Positions 1-10,234 of a DNA stretch of 64,000 nucleotides are shown one piece after another. The notes under the pieces are model-generated. The model was not told the origin of the DNA, did not search any database, and was given only the letters and a program-made list of their open reading frames with translations. Each line of letters opens with the position of its first letter. Positions within the stretch are counted from its first letter, which is position 1. The DNA comes from Myxococcota bacterium (GTDB taxonomy: Bacteria > Myxococcota_A > UBA796 > CAJQPC01): NCBI GenBank assembly GCA_036229005.1, contig JAZAMN010000011.1, positions 96,001 to 160,000 of the forward strand, read 5' to 3'. A program made the position numbers and the translations under genes.

Positions 1-1
1 C

Positions 2-40
2 ATCCCCTCCCCTGGCGTCGAGCTGGAGTTCTACCTGTGA
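2..40 (+). CDS. C-terminal fragment, probably TonB-dependent receptor / outer-membrane barrel (partial)
   Basis: Reads IPSPGVELEFYL*, resembling a terminal beta-strand; stop overlaps the next GTG (GTGA). Confidence 0.45.
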   Translation: MPSPGVELEFYL

Positions 41-957
41 TCCCCCTGAGCACAACGCTGGCGCTGCTGCTGGGCTGCGAGATCACCCAGCTCGACTCCG
101 CCTCCATCGTCGACCGCACCCGCATCCTGGGGGTCAAGGCCACCCCCGCCGAGCCCGCGCCCGGCGACACCGTCACCTTCTCCTCCCTGGCCGTGGACCC
201 TGAGAGCGGCATCGCAGGCGTCACTTGGTTCGGCTGCGTGCTGGAGGACAGCGACTCCTTCGGCTGCGAGCTGGACACCGACACCCTGGAGGCGCTCTTC
301 GCCCAGGACCCCACCACCATGACCGCCCAGGAGCAGCAGGACTGGTACGCCGAGCTCCAAGCCGCGGGCTTCCTGGGCATCGAGCCCGACCTCTCCCCCA
401 CCCTCACCGTCCCCTCCGACCTGTTGGACGGCTTGAGCGAAGAGCAGCAGGCCGAGGGCAAGAACTACATGCTCACCCTCTCCGCCATCCCCGGCGGCCT
501 GGAGATCGACGACCTGGATCTCGACGCCGAGGGCACCCAGGCGGTGGGCGAGCAGGGCCTCAAGCGCATGCCCGTGAGCGTCGGTGGCACCCCCAACCGC
601 AACCCCGAGATCACCTCGCTGACCCTGGACGGTGAGTTTGACGTCAAGGACCAGGATGTCTTGGAGGTGAGGGCTGGGCAGACCTACACATTCCAGCTCA
701 ACCTCTCCGACGACAGCGTGGAGACCTACACTTTCGTGGACTCCCAGGGCGCCAGCGAGGACAGGATGGAGCAGCCGTATGTCAGCTTCTACGCCACGAC
801 TGGCTCCTTCTACCAGACCATCAGCCTCCACCCCTACCTGGAGGCGGAGTGGACCGCGCCCATCGATCCACCCGGCGAATCGCACACCCTGTGGTTCGTC
901 CTGCGGGATCGCCGCGGCGGCATGGATTGGGTGACCGTGGAACTTCTGGTGCGCTGA
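37..957 (+). CDS. Uncharacterised lipoprotein
   Basis: Lipobox LLG-C at residue 14; host-like codon usage; coupled to upstream gene. Confidence 0.75.
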   Translation: MIPLSTTLALLLGCEITQLDSASIVDRTRILGVKATPAEPAPGDTVTFSSLAVDPESGIAGVTWFGCVLEDSDSFGCELDTDTLEALFAQDPTTMTAQEQQDWYAELQAAGFLGIEPDLSPTLTVPSDLLDGLSEEQQAEGKNYMLTLSAIPGGLEIDDLDLDAEGTQAVGEQGLKRMPVSVGGTPNRNPEITSLTLDGEFDVKDQDVLEVRAGQTYTFQLNLSDDSVETYTFVDSQGASEDRMEQPYVSFYATTGSFYQTISLHPYLEAEWTAPIDPPGESHTLWFVLRDRRGGMDWVTVELLVR

Positions 958-990
958 GAAGTCTTTCACCCTGTTTGGCCCCCCTTTACC

Positions 991-1008
991 TTGACTGCAC
1001 ATTGACAG
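991..1008. promoter_or_regulatory. Direct repeat TTGACTG-N4-TTGACAG, candidate response-regulator site
   Basis: 11-bp period; similar element at 9708-9725. Confidence 0.4.
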
Positions 1009-1045
1009 CCGCTCAGCAAGCGGCCAAAAGGGACTCCCTTGCTTG

Positions 1046-1054
1046 TGCTATCTT
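1046..1054 (+). promoter_or_regulatory. Extended -10 element of the glt cluster
   Basis: TG-C-TATCTT about 65 bp upstream of ATG 1119. Confidence 0.45.
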
Positions 1055-1118
1055 TCCGCGACCCGAAAAACGCCCCTGCGCGGGATCTCCCCGCGTGCTG
1101 AAGCTGGAGAAGCAGTCC

Positions 1119-1946
1119 ATGAACTCTACCCGCACCCTGGTTGCCGGGACGATGGGAGTCGCCATGACGGCACTCGCGCTCGTCTCGGGCGGCGAGGCCT
1201 GGGCCAACCCGGCGGAAGACGCCCTCCGTCAGGCCCAGGGAGAGGTGACCGTCAAGCAGGACGCGGTGCAGAACCGCTTCTTCCTCAAGTCCCAGCGATT
1301 CGAGATCGCGCCGGTGCTTGGAGTGGTCCCCAACAACCCCATGGTCCGTCGCTACACCGGCGGCATCCTGGTGGCCTACCACTTCAACGAGCAGTTCGCT
1401 GCGGGCGGGCAGCTCATCTACAGCCCCGACCTGGGCATGAACGATGTCAAGGGCCTGACCGAGACGCTCGTGCAGATCGCACACAGCTCGGACAGCGGCG
1501 TTGAGTTCCAGCAGCCCCTGGACAAGCTGATCCTGGGCGCGACCTTCTCGGCCAACTGGGTCCCCGTCTACGGAAAGATCAACCTCATCGGTGAGACGGT
1601 CGTGAACTTCGACCTCTACATGTCCGCCGGTCTGGGGATGCTCTCCATCAAGAAGTACCACGCCGAGTACGACAACCAGGCGGCCGACGGCACCACGCCC
1701 GTCAAGCTGGTGGAAGACCAGAACAAGGTGACCGTGCCCGCCAACCTGGCGGTCGGCACCGACATCTTCCTCACCCAGACCCTGGCCCTCAAGCTGGAGG
1801 CCCGGTCGTACATCTACCGCGACCGCGTCCCCCAGTACGACCCTGACGTCGATGTGCAGGACATGCGCCTCTACAACGTCTTCATCGCTTCTGCAGGCCT
1901 CTCGATGTACTTCCCGAAGATGGAAGAGCGTCGGACCGAGTTCTAA
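1119..1946 (+). CDS. gltB: Outer-membrane beta-barrel, GltA/GltB family
   Basis: Signal peptide AWA; VQNRFFLKSQRFE and PVYGK motifs; SD GGAGA. The A/B assignment rests only on M. xanthus gene order. Confidence 0.75.
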   Translation: MNSTRTLVAGTMGVAMTALALVSGGEAWANPAEDALRQAQGEVTVKQDAVQNRFFLKSQRFEIAPVLGVVPNNPMVRRYTGGILVAYHFNEQFAAGGQLIYSPDLGMNDVKGLTETLVQIAHSSDSGVEFQQPLDKLILGATFSANWVPVYGKINLIGETVVNFDLYMSAGLGMLSIKKYHAEYDNQAADGTTPVKLVEDQNKVTVPANLAVGTDIFLTQTLALKLEARSYIYRDRVPQYDPDVDVQDMRLYNVFIASAGLSMYFPKMEERRTEF

Positions 1947-1963
1947 GCGGAGAACCAGAGAAC

Positions 1964-2851
1964 ATGCGAATGAACACTGCCCCGATCTGGCTCTGCACCG
2001 CCGGTCTGCTGCTCTCCACCCCCGCCCTGGCCCAGGAGGATCCCTCCCTGGACGGCGTGGCCCAGGAGGACTCCGAGGAGTCCGAGTCTGGTGACGACGA
2101 GCTCGACGACCTGCTGACCACCCCCGGCTCCAGCAGCCGGCGCGGCGAGAAGGAGGACCTCCGCGAGGAGAGCTCCTCCTTCAACCAGCCTCAGAACAAG
2201 AGCTACGTCCCGCCCCAGCGCACCATCAAGACCATCCAGGAGAAGGACTTCATGAAGCTGGGTCGCTTCGAGGCGACCCCCTCGGTCGGCTTCGTGACCA
2301 ACGACCCCTTCCTGAACCGCTACATCGCTGGCGCGCGGCTGGGCTACCACATCACCGAGATCTTCGCGGTGGAGGCTGAGTTCTCCTACAGCCCCGACCT
2401 CGGCACCCGGGACTGGAAGCCCCTGACCCACCAGCTCGTCGAGGAGAACAACGTCTCTCCCGACATCAGCAAGCTGACGCTGATCTCCAACGCCACCTTC
2501 CAGTTCTCCCCCATCTACGGGAAGGTCGCGCTGGGCAACGGCAACATCATCCACTTCGACATCTACGGCGCATTCGGGATGGGTGTCACCCAGACCCGTG
2601 ACGATCTCGAGGCCCTCCAGGCCATCGACGATCCCATCGCCCAGGCCACCGAGGTGCAGCTCCAGCCCACCACCAACTTCGGCGGCGGTGTGCGCGTGAG
2701 CTTCAACGAGACGGTCGCCCTCCGCATCGATGGCCGCTCCCTGGTCTACATCGAGACGGTGAACTCCACGACCCTGGAGATGAAGAACAACTTCATCCTC
2801 TCCGGCGGCGTCGGCTTCTTCTTCCCGAGCATGGAAAAGGTGAACCAGTGA
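1964..2851 (+). CDS. gltA: Outer-membrane beta-barrel, GltA/GltB family
   Basis: Paralogue of previous gene (IQEKDFMKLGRFE, SPIYGK); precedes gltC. A/B assignment tentative. Confidence 0.75.
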   Translation: MRMNTAPIWLCTAGLLLSTPALAQEDPSLDGVAQEDSEESESGDDELDDLLTTPGSSSRRGEKEDLREESSSFNQPQNKSYVPPQRTIKTIQEKDFMKLGRFEATPSVGFVTNDPFLNRYIAGARLGYHITEIFAVEAEFSYSPDLGTRDWKPLTHQLVEENNVSPDISKLTLISNATFQFSPIYGKVALGNGNIIHFDIYGAFGMGVTQTRDDLEALQAIDDPIAQATEVQLQPTTNFGGGVRVSFNETVALRIDGRSLVYIETVNSTTLEMKNNFILSGGVGFFFPSMEKVNQ

Positions 2852-4755
2852 GCACCAAGCGCAGCCTCTCCCTCCTCATGGGGCTCGGCGCGATCGCGCT
2901 GAGCGCTACCAGCTCTTCCAACGCGTGGGCCTTGGACTGCGACGAGATCATGAACATGGTCAACGTCAACGTCCCCACCAACATCATCGTGCAGACGATG
3001 GAAGACAGCGGCGATCAGTTCACCAACGAGGACATCCGCTGCCTGATGGACGCGGGCGCCCCCGACGACGTGGTGACCACCGCCAAGCGCATGTCGGCCT
3101 CCGCTGCCCCGGATCCCGAGCCCATCGAGCGCGGCGAGCCCAGCACCACCCGGGACGCAGACGACTGGGATCAGACCGACCGCATCGGCGAGAGCTCCTC
3201 CCGTCGCGGCGGCCGCGGCGGCTACGACGACCTGCCGGAGGACGGCGAGGACCAGGCCAACCAGGCCGGCGGTGCCTGCGCCGACGACGTGGACGAGGCG
3301 GTCGAGGCCTACAAGGCCAAGAAGTACCTCGGCTCCAGCCTGATGCTCTTCCGCCTGCTGGAGGACGGCTCCTGCCCCGAGCAGGAGGAGCGGATCCACT
3401 TCTACCTGGGCATGAACCTCTACGACCTGGAGATGTACCACTCCAGCCAGTACTACTTCATGCAGGTCATCAAGAAGGGCACCAACGGGCGCTACTTCAA
3501 GTACGCCCTGCCCAAGGTCGTGGCCATCGCCCGCTACACCGGCGATGACAGCGAGCTGATGCGCGTGGCCAAGGCCGCCTCCTCCAAGGATGTCCCCATC
3601 CAGGAGTACCCGCGGAACGCCCAGAACTACATGGCCTACCTCTACGGGGTGGACGCCTACGACGACGGCGAGCTCTCCAAGGCCCGCCGCTACTTCGGGA
3701 TGATCTCCACCAAGTCGGACCTGTACCTCAAGTCCAAGTACTTCGAGGGCGTCATCTACCGGCAGCAGGACCGCTACAAGAGCTCCGTCAAGAGCTTCCG
3801 CGACGTCATCCGCGACTCCGAGCAGGTCACCCTCTACACCGAGGAGGAGGTCCGCGACGTCGAGCGTCTCACCGACCTTTCCCTGGTGAACATCGGGCGT
3901 ATCTACTACGGCATCCAGCGCTTCGACGAGGCCGAGAAGTACTACGACTACGTGCCCCACGACTCCGAGGTCTGGCCCCAGGCGCTCTTCGAGGCCGCCT
4001 GGTCCAACTTCATGCAGGGTGAGCTCAACACCACTCTGGGTCAGGTGCTGACCGTCCAGTCTCCCTTCTACGGGAACGAAGAGTTCTTGCCGGAGGCCAC
4101 CATCCTCCGCGCGCTGACCTTCTTCAACCTCTGCGAGTACGACCAGGTCGAGTACGAACTCCTGCGCTTCGAGGCTGAGATCAAGCCGATGAACCAGGAG
4201 CTCAAGGACTTCATCGGTCAGTACAAGTCCAAGGAAGGCCGCAAGCTCGCGGACCAGGCCTACGAGGCCTACTTCGAGGGCGTCAAGAAGGACACGGTCC
4301 TCCCCAAGAGCATGTTTGTCAAGTTCTTGCGGAACCAGGACCTGTACTCGCTTGTCAGACACCTCCAGATCATGGAGGAAGAAGAGACAAAGATTGCTGC
4401 ACAGAAGACCCTCTGGCGCGACTCCGTCGGCGCTCACCTCGAGCAGGTCCTGGAGCAGGACCGCCGCCGCTACAAGCAGCGGGCCGGCATGGTCATGCTC
4501 CAGGAGATGGTCCTGATGCAGAAGCACCTTGGTGACCTGCTCGGCCAGTCCCAGATCATCCGCTTCGAGGTCGTGTCCGCCCAGCGCGCCGGCTACGAGT
4601 ACGCGATGTCCAACCTGGACCTGTCGGCCACCAAGGACGAGAACGCCATCGATTTCGCTACCAGCGTCGACTACATCTACTGGCCGTTCAACGGCGAGTT
4701 CTGGAAGGACGAGCTGGGCTACTACTACTACACCGAGCAGGGCTCCTGCGAGTAA
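2848..4755 (+). CDS. gltC: Gliding motility TPR protein GltC-like
   Basis: Signal peptide, TPRs, C-terminal WPFNGEFWKDELGYY...C motif. Confidence 0.85.
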   Translation: MSTKRSLSLLMGLGAIALSATSSSNAWALDCDEIMNMVNVNVPTNIIVQTMEDSGDQFTNEDIRCLMDAGAPDDVVTTAKRMSASAAPDPEPIERGEPSTTRDADDWDQTDRIGESSSRRGGRGGYDDLPEDGEDQANQAGGACADDVDEAVEAYKAKKYLGSSLMLFRLLEDGSCPEQEERIHFYLGMNLYDLEMYHSSQYYFMQVIKKGTNGRYFKYALPKVVAIARYTGDDSELMRVAKAASSKDVPIQEYPRNAQNYMAYLYGVDAYDDGELSKARRYFGMISTKSDLYLKSKYFEGVIYRQQDRYKSSVKSFRDVIRDSEQVTLYTEEEVRDVERLTDLSLVNIGRIYYGIQRFDEAEKYYDYVPHDSEVWPQALFEAAWSNFMQGELNTTLGQVLTVQSPFYGNEEFLPEATILRALTFFNLCEYDQVEYELLRFEAEIKPMNQELKDFIGQYKSKEGRKLADQAYEAYFEGVKKDTVLPKSMFVKFLRNQDLYSLVRHLQIMEEEETKIAAQKTLWRDSVGAHLEQVLEQDRRRYKQRAGMVMLQEMVLMQKHLGDLLGQSQIIRFEVVSAQRAGYEYAMSNLDLSATKDENAIDFATSVDYIYWPFNGEFWKDELGYYYYTEQGSCE

Positions 4756-4832
4756 GCAGGACCGACCCAGGTCTCTCAGAGGGGAGCGCCTGCTCCCCTT
4801 GACCCGCCATTTCCTTGGCAGGAGTAATGCAC

Positions 4833-7800
4833 ATGAGCATCCGCAACCTCCGCACCTTGGTGTTGCCCGTCGCGCTCGCCTTCTCGGCGGGCATCTTCGT
4901 TGCAGGCGACGCCCACGCCCAGGACCGCAAGGACAAGGAGGAGCGTCGCGTCCTCCGGGCTGACGATGTCGACGACATGCAGTCCCAGTCCGACGAGCTC
5001 CGGGCCCTCGCTCGCGAGAAGCGCCATCAAGAGATGGAGATGGCCAAGCAGATGCTCAGCGGTGGTGGCCTGGAGGGCGAGCAGAAGGCGAGCATGATGC
5101 TCCGCCTCGCTGACCTCTACTTCCAGGAGGGCCGCGACATCTACTTCGTGGAGATGCGCGAGTACGAGAAGAAGTTCGACGCCTGCTTCGAGGACGACTC
5201 CTGCGACACCTCCAAGATGCAGCCGGACAACTCCGAGTCCAACAAGTGGCAGAAGCAGAGCATCAAGCTCTACCGTCAGATCCTGACGAACTACCCCACC
5301 TACGCCCGCGCCGACGAGGCGACCTTCTACCTGGCGCAGGCGCTGCAGGACACCGGTGACCGCAAGGCGGCTCTGACCGAGTACACCCGCCTGGTCAAGA
5401 CCTACCCCGAGAGTGGCTACGTCCCCGACTCCTACGTGCAGATCGGCGAGTACTACTTCGACGAGAACGACGCCTACAAGGCGCTGCTCGCCTACCAGAA
5501 GGCCACCGCCTTCAAGAACAGCGAGAAGTACGCCTTCGCCCTCTACAAGCTGGCCTGGTGCTACTACAACGTCGGCGAGTACGGCAAGAGCATCGAGACC
5601 ATGAAGGGCGTCGTCGCCTACTCCATGGCCTCGGAGGAGGCTGGGCAGCAGAGCAACATCCAGCTCCAGGAAGAGGCCCTCAAGGACCTGGTCCGGTTCT
5701 TCGCCGACGCCGGCGAGATGGACGAGGCCTACGCCTACTTCTCCAAGCTCGGTAAGAAGGAGCTCATCCGCTCCATGCTCAAGCGCCTCGCGGCCACCTA
5801 CTTCGAGCAGGGCAAGTTCGAGGAGGCTGTGCAGACCTACCGTCGCCTCATCGCCGAGGACCCCAACTCCCCCGACGCGCCCGAGTACCAGGCTGAGATC
5901 ATCTCGGCCTACAACAAGATCGGCCGCAAGGAGGAGACCCTCGCGGAGATCGACAAGCTCCTCAAGACCTACGGCAAGAACTCCGCTTGGGCCCGCGCGA
6001 ACGCGACCAACCAGGAGGCCATCGAGGACGCGCAGGGCTACATCGAGAAGAACCTGCGCAAGGTCGCCATCGACTACCACACCGAGGCCAAGAAGCTCGG
6101 CACCGGTCGTCAGGCCCGCGACGTGTACGGACACGCCGAGACCGCCTACCGCGTCTACCTCGAGCAGTTCCCGGACAACAAGCACACCTACGAGATGCGC
6201 TACGCCTTCGGCGAGCTCCTCTACACCCTCAAGAACTACGAAGAGGCCTACGAGCAGTACATGGCCGTCGTGGCGCTCGACCCCAAGGGCAAGCGCTCGG
6301 AGTTCTGTGCCAAGTCCGCTGTCTTCGCCGCTGGCGAGATGGTCAAGGCCGAGGAGAAGGAAGGCAAGGTCGAGAAGGCCTCCAAGGACAACAAGACCGA
6401 GCCGGTCCCCCTGTCCGACTGGGAGAAGAACAAGCTGGCGGCGCTGGACCAGTACGCCGAGCTCTTCCCCACCAACAAGGAAACCAAGGGGATGATCTAC
6501 GAGGCTGGCTACCTCTTCTACAACAAGAACCAGTTCAAGGAGGCGTCCGATCGCTTCCGGATCGTCATCGGCATGGACCCCCAGTCCAGCCAGGCGATGC
6601 TGGCCGCCAACCTCATCCTGGACTCCTTCAACCTCGTCGAGGACTGGAAGAACCTCAAGGAGGTCTCCAAGGCCTTCTACGACCAGGACAACCTGGGCAA
6701 CAAGAAGTTCAAGGAGGAGACCTACACGGTCTACCAGAACGCCTCGCTCAAGCTCATCGAGGTCACCCTCGAGGAGTCCGGTGACAAGAAGACCGCAGCG
6801 TCTTCGCTGGTCGCCTGGTACGAGGAGTTCCCCAAGGCCGAGAACGCCGACCTCGCCCTGAACAACGCCGCGACCTACTTCTACGGCGAGGGCATGCGCA
6901 AGGAGGCGATGGAGACCCGCCTGACCCTGCTGGAGAACTTCCCCAAGAGCAAGTTCTACAACAGCCAGGTCGCCCAGCTCGGCTACGACTACGAGTCCAT
7001 GGCCGACTTCTCCTCCGCCGCCGCGCAGTACGAGAAGCTCTTCGAGTTGGACAAGGACAACGAGAACTCCCCCGATGCCCTCTACTCTGCGGCCCTGTTC
7101 CGCCGGGCCCTCGGTGAGTGGGAGGCTGCTGTCGACAACTACCAGAAGTACATCACGGCCTACCCCGACCGCGAGAACGTCCAGCAGGTCCAGCTCGAGA
7201 TCGGCATGCTCTTCGAGGAGAACGGCCAGCACGAGAAGGCTGCCAAGGTCTACCAGACCTTCTACTCCCAGAAGGACCCCCAGGGTGTGAGCGCCGACGA
7301 GCTGATGTACGCCCGCCTGCACTACGGACTCTCCCTGTCCGAGATGGGCCAGGCCTCCAAGGCGACCAAGCACTACAAGGACTCGGTCGAGTGGTTCAAG
7401 TCTGCCCAGGAGGGCGGCGCCGGAATGACGCTGGGCGTCGAGTTCGCGGCTCAGATGATGTACATCCTCGCGGAGCCCACCTTCGACAAGTACATGGCCA
7501 TGACCATCGACGGTCCCAAGTCCAAGGTCAGCCAGCGCCAGGAGGACAAGGTCCTCGGCGACAGCCTGATGGCCAAGGCGAAGACCCTGCAGGAGGTCGA
7601 GAAGCTCTACGCGGAGATCGTGGCCACCGGCGCTGGTGAGTGGGGCCTCGCGGCCCTCGTGAACCTGGGTCAGGCCTACGAGAACATGGGCGACTCCATG
7701 ATCAACTCGCACATCCCGACCTACCTCACCGAGGACCAGATCGAGTTCTACCGGATGAACCTGGAGGACACGGCCTACCAGCAGCAGGAGAAGGCGGTTC

Positions 7801-7988
7801 AAGCCTACTCCCTCGCCCTCGAGAAGAGCTACGAGCTCAACCTCTACAACGAGCGCCTCGCCCTCGCGACCCGTCGTCTCGGTCAGCTCCGCCCCGAGGA
7901 ATACCCCGGGCTGGAAGAGACCCTGATGGAGCCCAACTTCACCTCGTCGTCCGGGACTGCCAGCCAGCCCTTCGTCGAGAGCCTCTGA
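4833..7988 (+). CDS. gltD: Large periplasmic TPR protein GltD/AgmU-like
   Basis: Signal AHA; many TPRs; ALYKLAWCYYN; SD GGAG at 4821; cluster position. Confidence 0.85.
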   Translation: MSIRNLRTLVLPVALAFSAGIFVAGDAHAQDRKDKEERRVLRADDVDDMQSQSDELRALAREKRHQEMEMAKQMLSGGGLEGEQKASMMLRLADLYFQEGRDIYFVEMREYEKKFDACFEDDSCDTSKMQPDNSESNKWQKQSIKLYRQILTNYPTYARADEATFYLAQALQDTGDRKAALTEYTRLVKTYPESGYVPDSYVQIGEYYFDENDAYKALLAYQKATAFKNSEKYAFALYKLAWCYYNVGEYGKSIETMKGVVAYSMASEEAGQQSNIQLQEEALKDLVRFFADAGEMDEAYAYFSKLGKKELIRSMLKRLAATYFEQGKFEEAVQTYRRLIAEDPNSPDAPEYQAEIISAYNKIGRKEETLAEIDKLLKTYGKNSAWARANATNQEAIEDAQGYIEKNLRKVAIDYHTEAKKLGTGRQARDVYGHAETAYRVYLEQFPDNKHTYEMRYAFGELLYTLKNYEEAYEQYMAVVALDPKGKRSEFCAKSAVFAAGEMVKAEEKEGKVEKASKDNKTEPVPLSDWEKNKLAALDQYAELFPTNKETKGMIYEAGYLFYNKNQFKEASDRFRIVIGMDPQSSQAMLAANLILDSFNLVEDWKNLKEVSKAFYDQDNLGNKKFKEETYTVYQNASLKLIEVTLEESGDKKTAASSLVAWYEEFPKAENADLALNNAATYFYGEGMRKEAMETRLTLLENFPKSKFYNSQVAQLGYDYESMADFSSAAAQYEKLFELDKDNENSPDALYSAALFRRALGEWEAAVDNYQKYITAYPDRENVQQVQLEIGMLFEENGQHEKAAKVYQTFYSQKDPQGVSADELMYARLHYGLSLSEMGQASKATKHYKDSVEWFKSAQEGGAGMTLGVEFAAQMMYILAEPTFDKYMAMTIDGPKSKVSQRQEDKVLGDSLMAKAKTLQEVEKLYAEIVATGAGEWGLAALVNLGQAYENMGDSMINSHIPTYLTEDQIEFYRMNLEDTAYQQQEKAVQAYSLALEKSYELNLYNERLALATRRLGQLRPEEYPGLEETLMEPNFTSSSGTASQPFVESL

Positions 7989-8005
7989 GCGCACTGGAGA
8001 TTTTC

Positions 8006-9523
8006 ATGCTGACCAAGCGCATCCCCCTCCTGCTCGGGCTGGCCTTCACCTTGGGCCTGTCCACCGGCTGCGGCGACAAGAACGACACCCCTGCCGTTGA
8101 CGAGACCACCGTCACCGACCCGGGCTACTTCTTCAACCGCGGCGTCACCACCCTCAAGAGCCCCGACTCCAAGACCGGTGACGTCAACTACCAGGCCGCC
8201 TACGACGACTTCGTCAAGGCAGCAAACCTCGATGCCGGCAACAAGGGTGTCCAGTACAACGCTGGATGGACCGCCGAGCAGATGGGTGACCTGAGCAAGG
8301 CTGAGACCCACTACCGCAAGGCACTCGAGCTCGACCCGACCTACGAGGCGGCCCTGAACAGCCTGGCCAAGATCCTGGCGGCTGACGGCCGTGACGCCGA
8401 GGCTGTGGACGCCTACACCGCGTACCTCGCTGCCAAGCCCGGCAACATCGACATGTGGAACGCCAAGGTCGACGCGCTGACCCGCGCCGGTCAGTACGAC
8501 GCCGCGATCGCCGAGGCTCAGGCCATCCTGCAGGCCTCCCCCGACAACGTGCCGGCGTACCGCAACCTCTCCCGCGCCTACCACGGCAAGGGCGAGCTCG
8601 GCATGAGCCAGCTCACCGCTGAGAAGGCCAAGTCCCTCAAGGAAGGCGACCCCGGCATCTACAACAACATGGGCGTGACCTACCTCCAGCAGGGAGACCA
8701 GACTGCGGCCATCGAGTCCTTCCAGACCGCGATCAAGGTCGATCCCGACAACGTCGAGGCGAACCTGAACCTCGGCTACATCGCGCTGGACTCCGGCGAC
8801 TACAACCTCGCGCTCGCCTGCTTCCAGGCGGCGACCGGGGCTGAGCCCAACAACGTCCCCGCGCTCCTCGGCCTCGCCGTCGCTCAGCGCGGAACCATGG
8901 ACTACGAGGGCGCCTCCGCCACCTACGACAAGGTCCTCAAGCTCGATCCCGAGAATGAGATCGCCTACTTCAACGCCGCGACCCTGCACGAGAAGTACAC
9001 CAAGGACTTCAAGAAGGCCAAGGCGCTGCTGCAGGCCTACGTGGACGTGAACCAGGGCAACATCGCCCCGAGCCACGAGGTCTTCGGTCGAATCGATGGC
9101 ATCGCCGCCGCCGAGGCCGAGGAGAAGGCTCGCCAGGAAGAGCTCAAGCGCCAGGAGCAGGAGCGCAAGGAGCGCGAGGAGCGCCAGAAGGCACAGCTCG
9201 TCAAGCTCCAGGAGCGGACCACCGCCTACATGGCCAAGGTGGATCAGGCCTCCTGCCCCGCCGTCATGGAGATGGGCATGGTCGAGGAGTTCGCGATGAT
9301 CGGCGAGCAGGCCCAGATGGTCATCGACGCTGGTGACTACGGGATGGCCGGAGACATGCTCACCTTCCTGGACTCCATGGAGCCCACCCTGGACGAGCTG
9401 ATCCCCATGTGCGGCGACGCAGGCTCCACGGAGCCCGCTCCTGCCGAGGGTGAGGCCACCGAAGCCGCTCCTGCAGAGGAGACCGCTGCTGAGCCCGCCG
9501 CGGAGGCCGCTCCCACCGAGTGA
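8006..9523 (+). CDS. gltE: TPR lipoprotein GltE/AglT-like
   Basis: SD GGAGA, lipobox STG-C, TPR array, C-terminal coiled coil; lies between gltD and gltF. Confidence 0.8.
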   Translation: MLTKRIPLLLGLAFTLGLSTGCGDKNDTPAVDETTVTDPGYFFNRGVTTLKSPDSKTGDVNYQAAYDDFVKAANLDAGNKGVQYNAGWTAEQMGDLSKAETHYRKALELDPTYEAALNSLAKILAADGRDAEAVDAYTAYLAAKPGNIDMWNAKVDALTRAGQYDAAIAEAQAILQASPDNVPAYRNLSRAYHGKGELGMSQLTAEKAKSLKEGDPGIYNNMGVTYLQQGDQTAAIESFQTAIKVDPDNVEANLNLGYIALDSGDYNLALACFQAATGAEPNNVPALLGLAVAQRGTMDYEGASATYDKVLKLDPENEIAYFNAATLHEKYTKDFKKAKALLQAYVDVNQGNIAPSHEVFGRIDGIAAAEAEEKARQEELKRQEQERKEREERQKAQLVKLQERTTAYMAKVDQASCPAVMEMGMVEEFAMIGEQAQMVIDAGDYGMAGDMLTFLDSMEPTLDELIPMCGDAGSTEPAPAEGEATEAAPAEETAAEPAAEAAPTE

Positions 9524-9546
9524 TCGATCGGGAGTGCTGCAAGAGA

Positions 9547-9580
9547 GAGAGGTGATCCTTCCGGATCACCTCTTTTTTTT
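9547..9580 (+). terminator. Intrinsic terminator
   Basis: GAGAGGTGATCC-ttcc-GGATCACCTCT followed by a T run. Confidence 0.9.
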
Positions 9581-9893
9581 GCCCCTCGTACAGATTTCGG
9601 GGAACTTGAGTCCCGAGCCGCTGTCGGACTGGAAGCTGCTGTTCTCTTCGGAGCCTGCATGCCTCCTCCCAACTGGCCAAGCGCCCCGTGGTTGCTTGGT
9701 TTCTGGCTTGACCGACAACTGACAAGCCCCCCATTGTTCAACCCTTCCCCTTCCAGCAAGATCGCCTGACTCGGCCACGACAGCCCGCCTGGTGCGTCAG
9801 AGAGCAGTCAGGGGTGTGCAAACGCCTTCTGATTCCCGCTCACCTGCGCTACTCTCCCCGGCGACCGTCGTCCGCCATCCAAGGAGACCGACA

Positions 9894-10154
9894 ATGAACT
9901 TCCGCCGCGTGTCCGCGCTTGTGCTCGTCTCGAGCCTGTTCGCATCCCCTGCCCTCGCTCAGGATGACGACACCAAGATCCAGTACAAGGCAAAGACCGA
10001 GATCGACTTCGAAGGAGTCGAGGTGGACGGTGAGTTGGTCAAGCCCACGGGCGCCTTGCTCCTCGACCGCAAGCGCGCGGACTTCAACCCGCTCATCAAG
10101 CTGCGTGAAGACTTCGACGAGGAGATGGACCAGTCGGTCAACCAGGTCAAGTGA
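9894..10154 (+). CDS. gltF: Small secreted gliding protein GltF/CglF-like
   Basis: SD AAGGAG; YKAKTEIDFE...GELVKP...LIKLREDF signature. Confidence 0.85.
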   Translation: MNFRRVSALVLVSSLFASPALAQDDDTKIQYKAKTEIDFEGVEVDGELVKPTGALLLDRKRADFNPLIKLREDFDEEMDQSVNQVK

Positions 10155-10234
10155 CCCGGTCACCACTTCCATCCCCACTGCGCAACCCATCTTCATTCTG
10201 AACCGGCGCCCTTTCTGCGCCCCAGAGGGATCCC

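Noticed and set aside
37..957. Calling the first lipoprotein GltK/CglC
   Set aside because: Coupled to the upstream receptor-like gene and separated from the glt genes by a promoter region; no GltK similarity recognised
4776..7994. 1072-aa antisense ORF and similar long shadows (2746-4527, 10193-13153, 43453-45213, 45986-47875, 51771-53810)
   Set aside because: Mirror frames of real high-GC3 genes, lacking recognisable motifs
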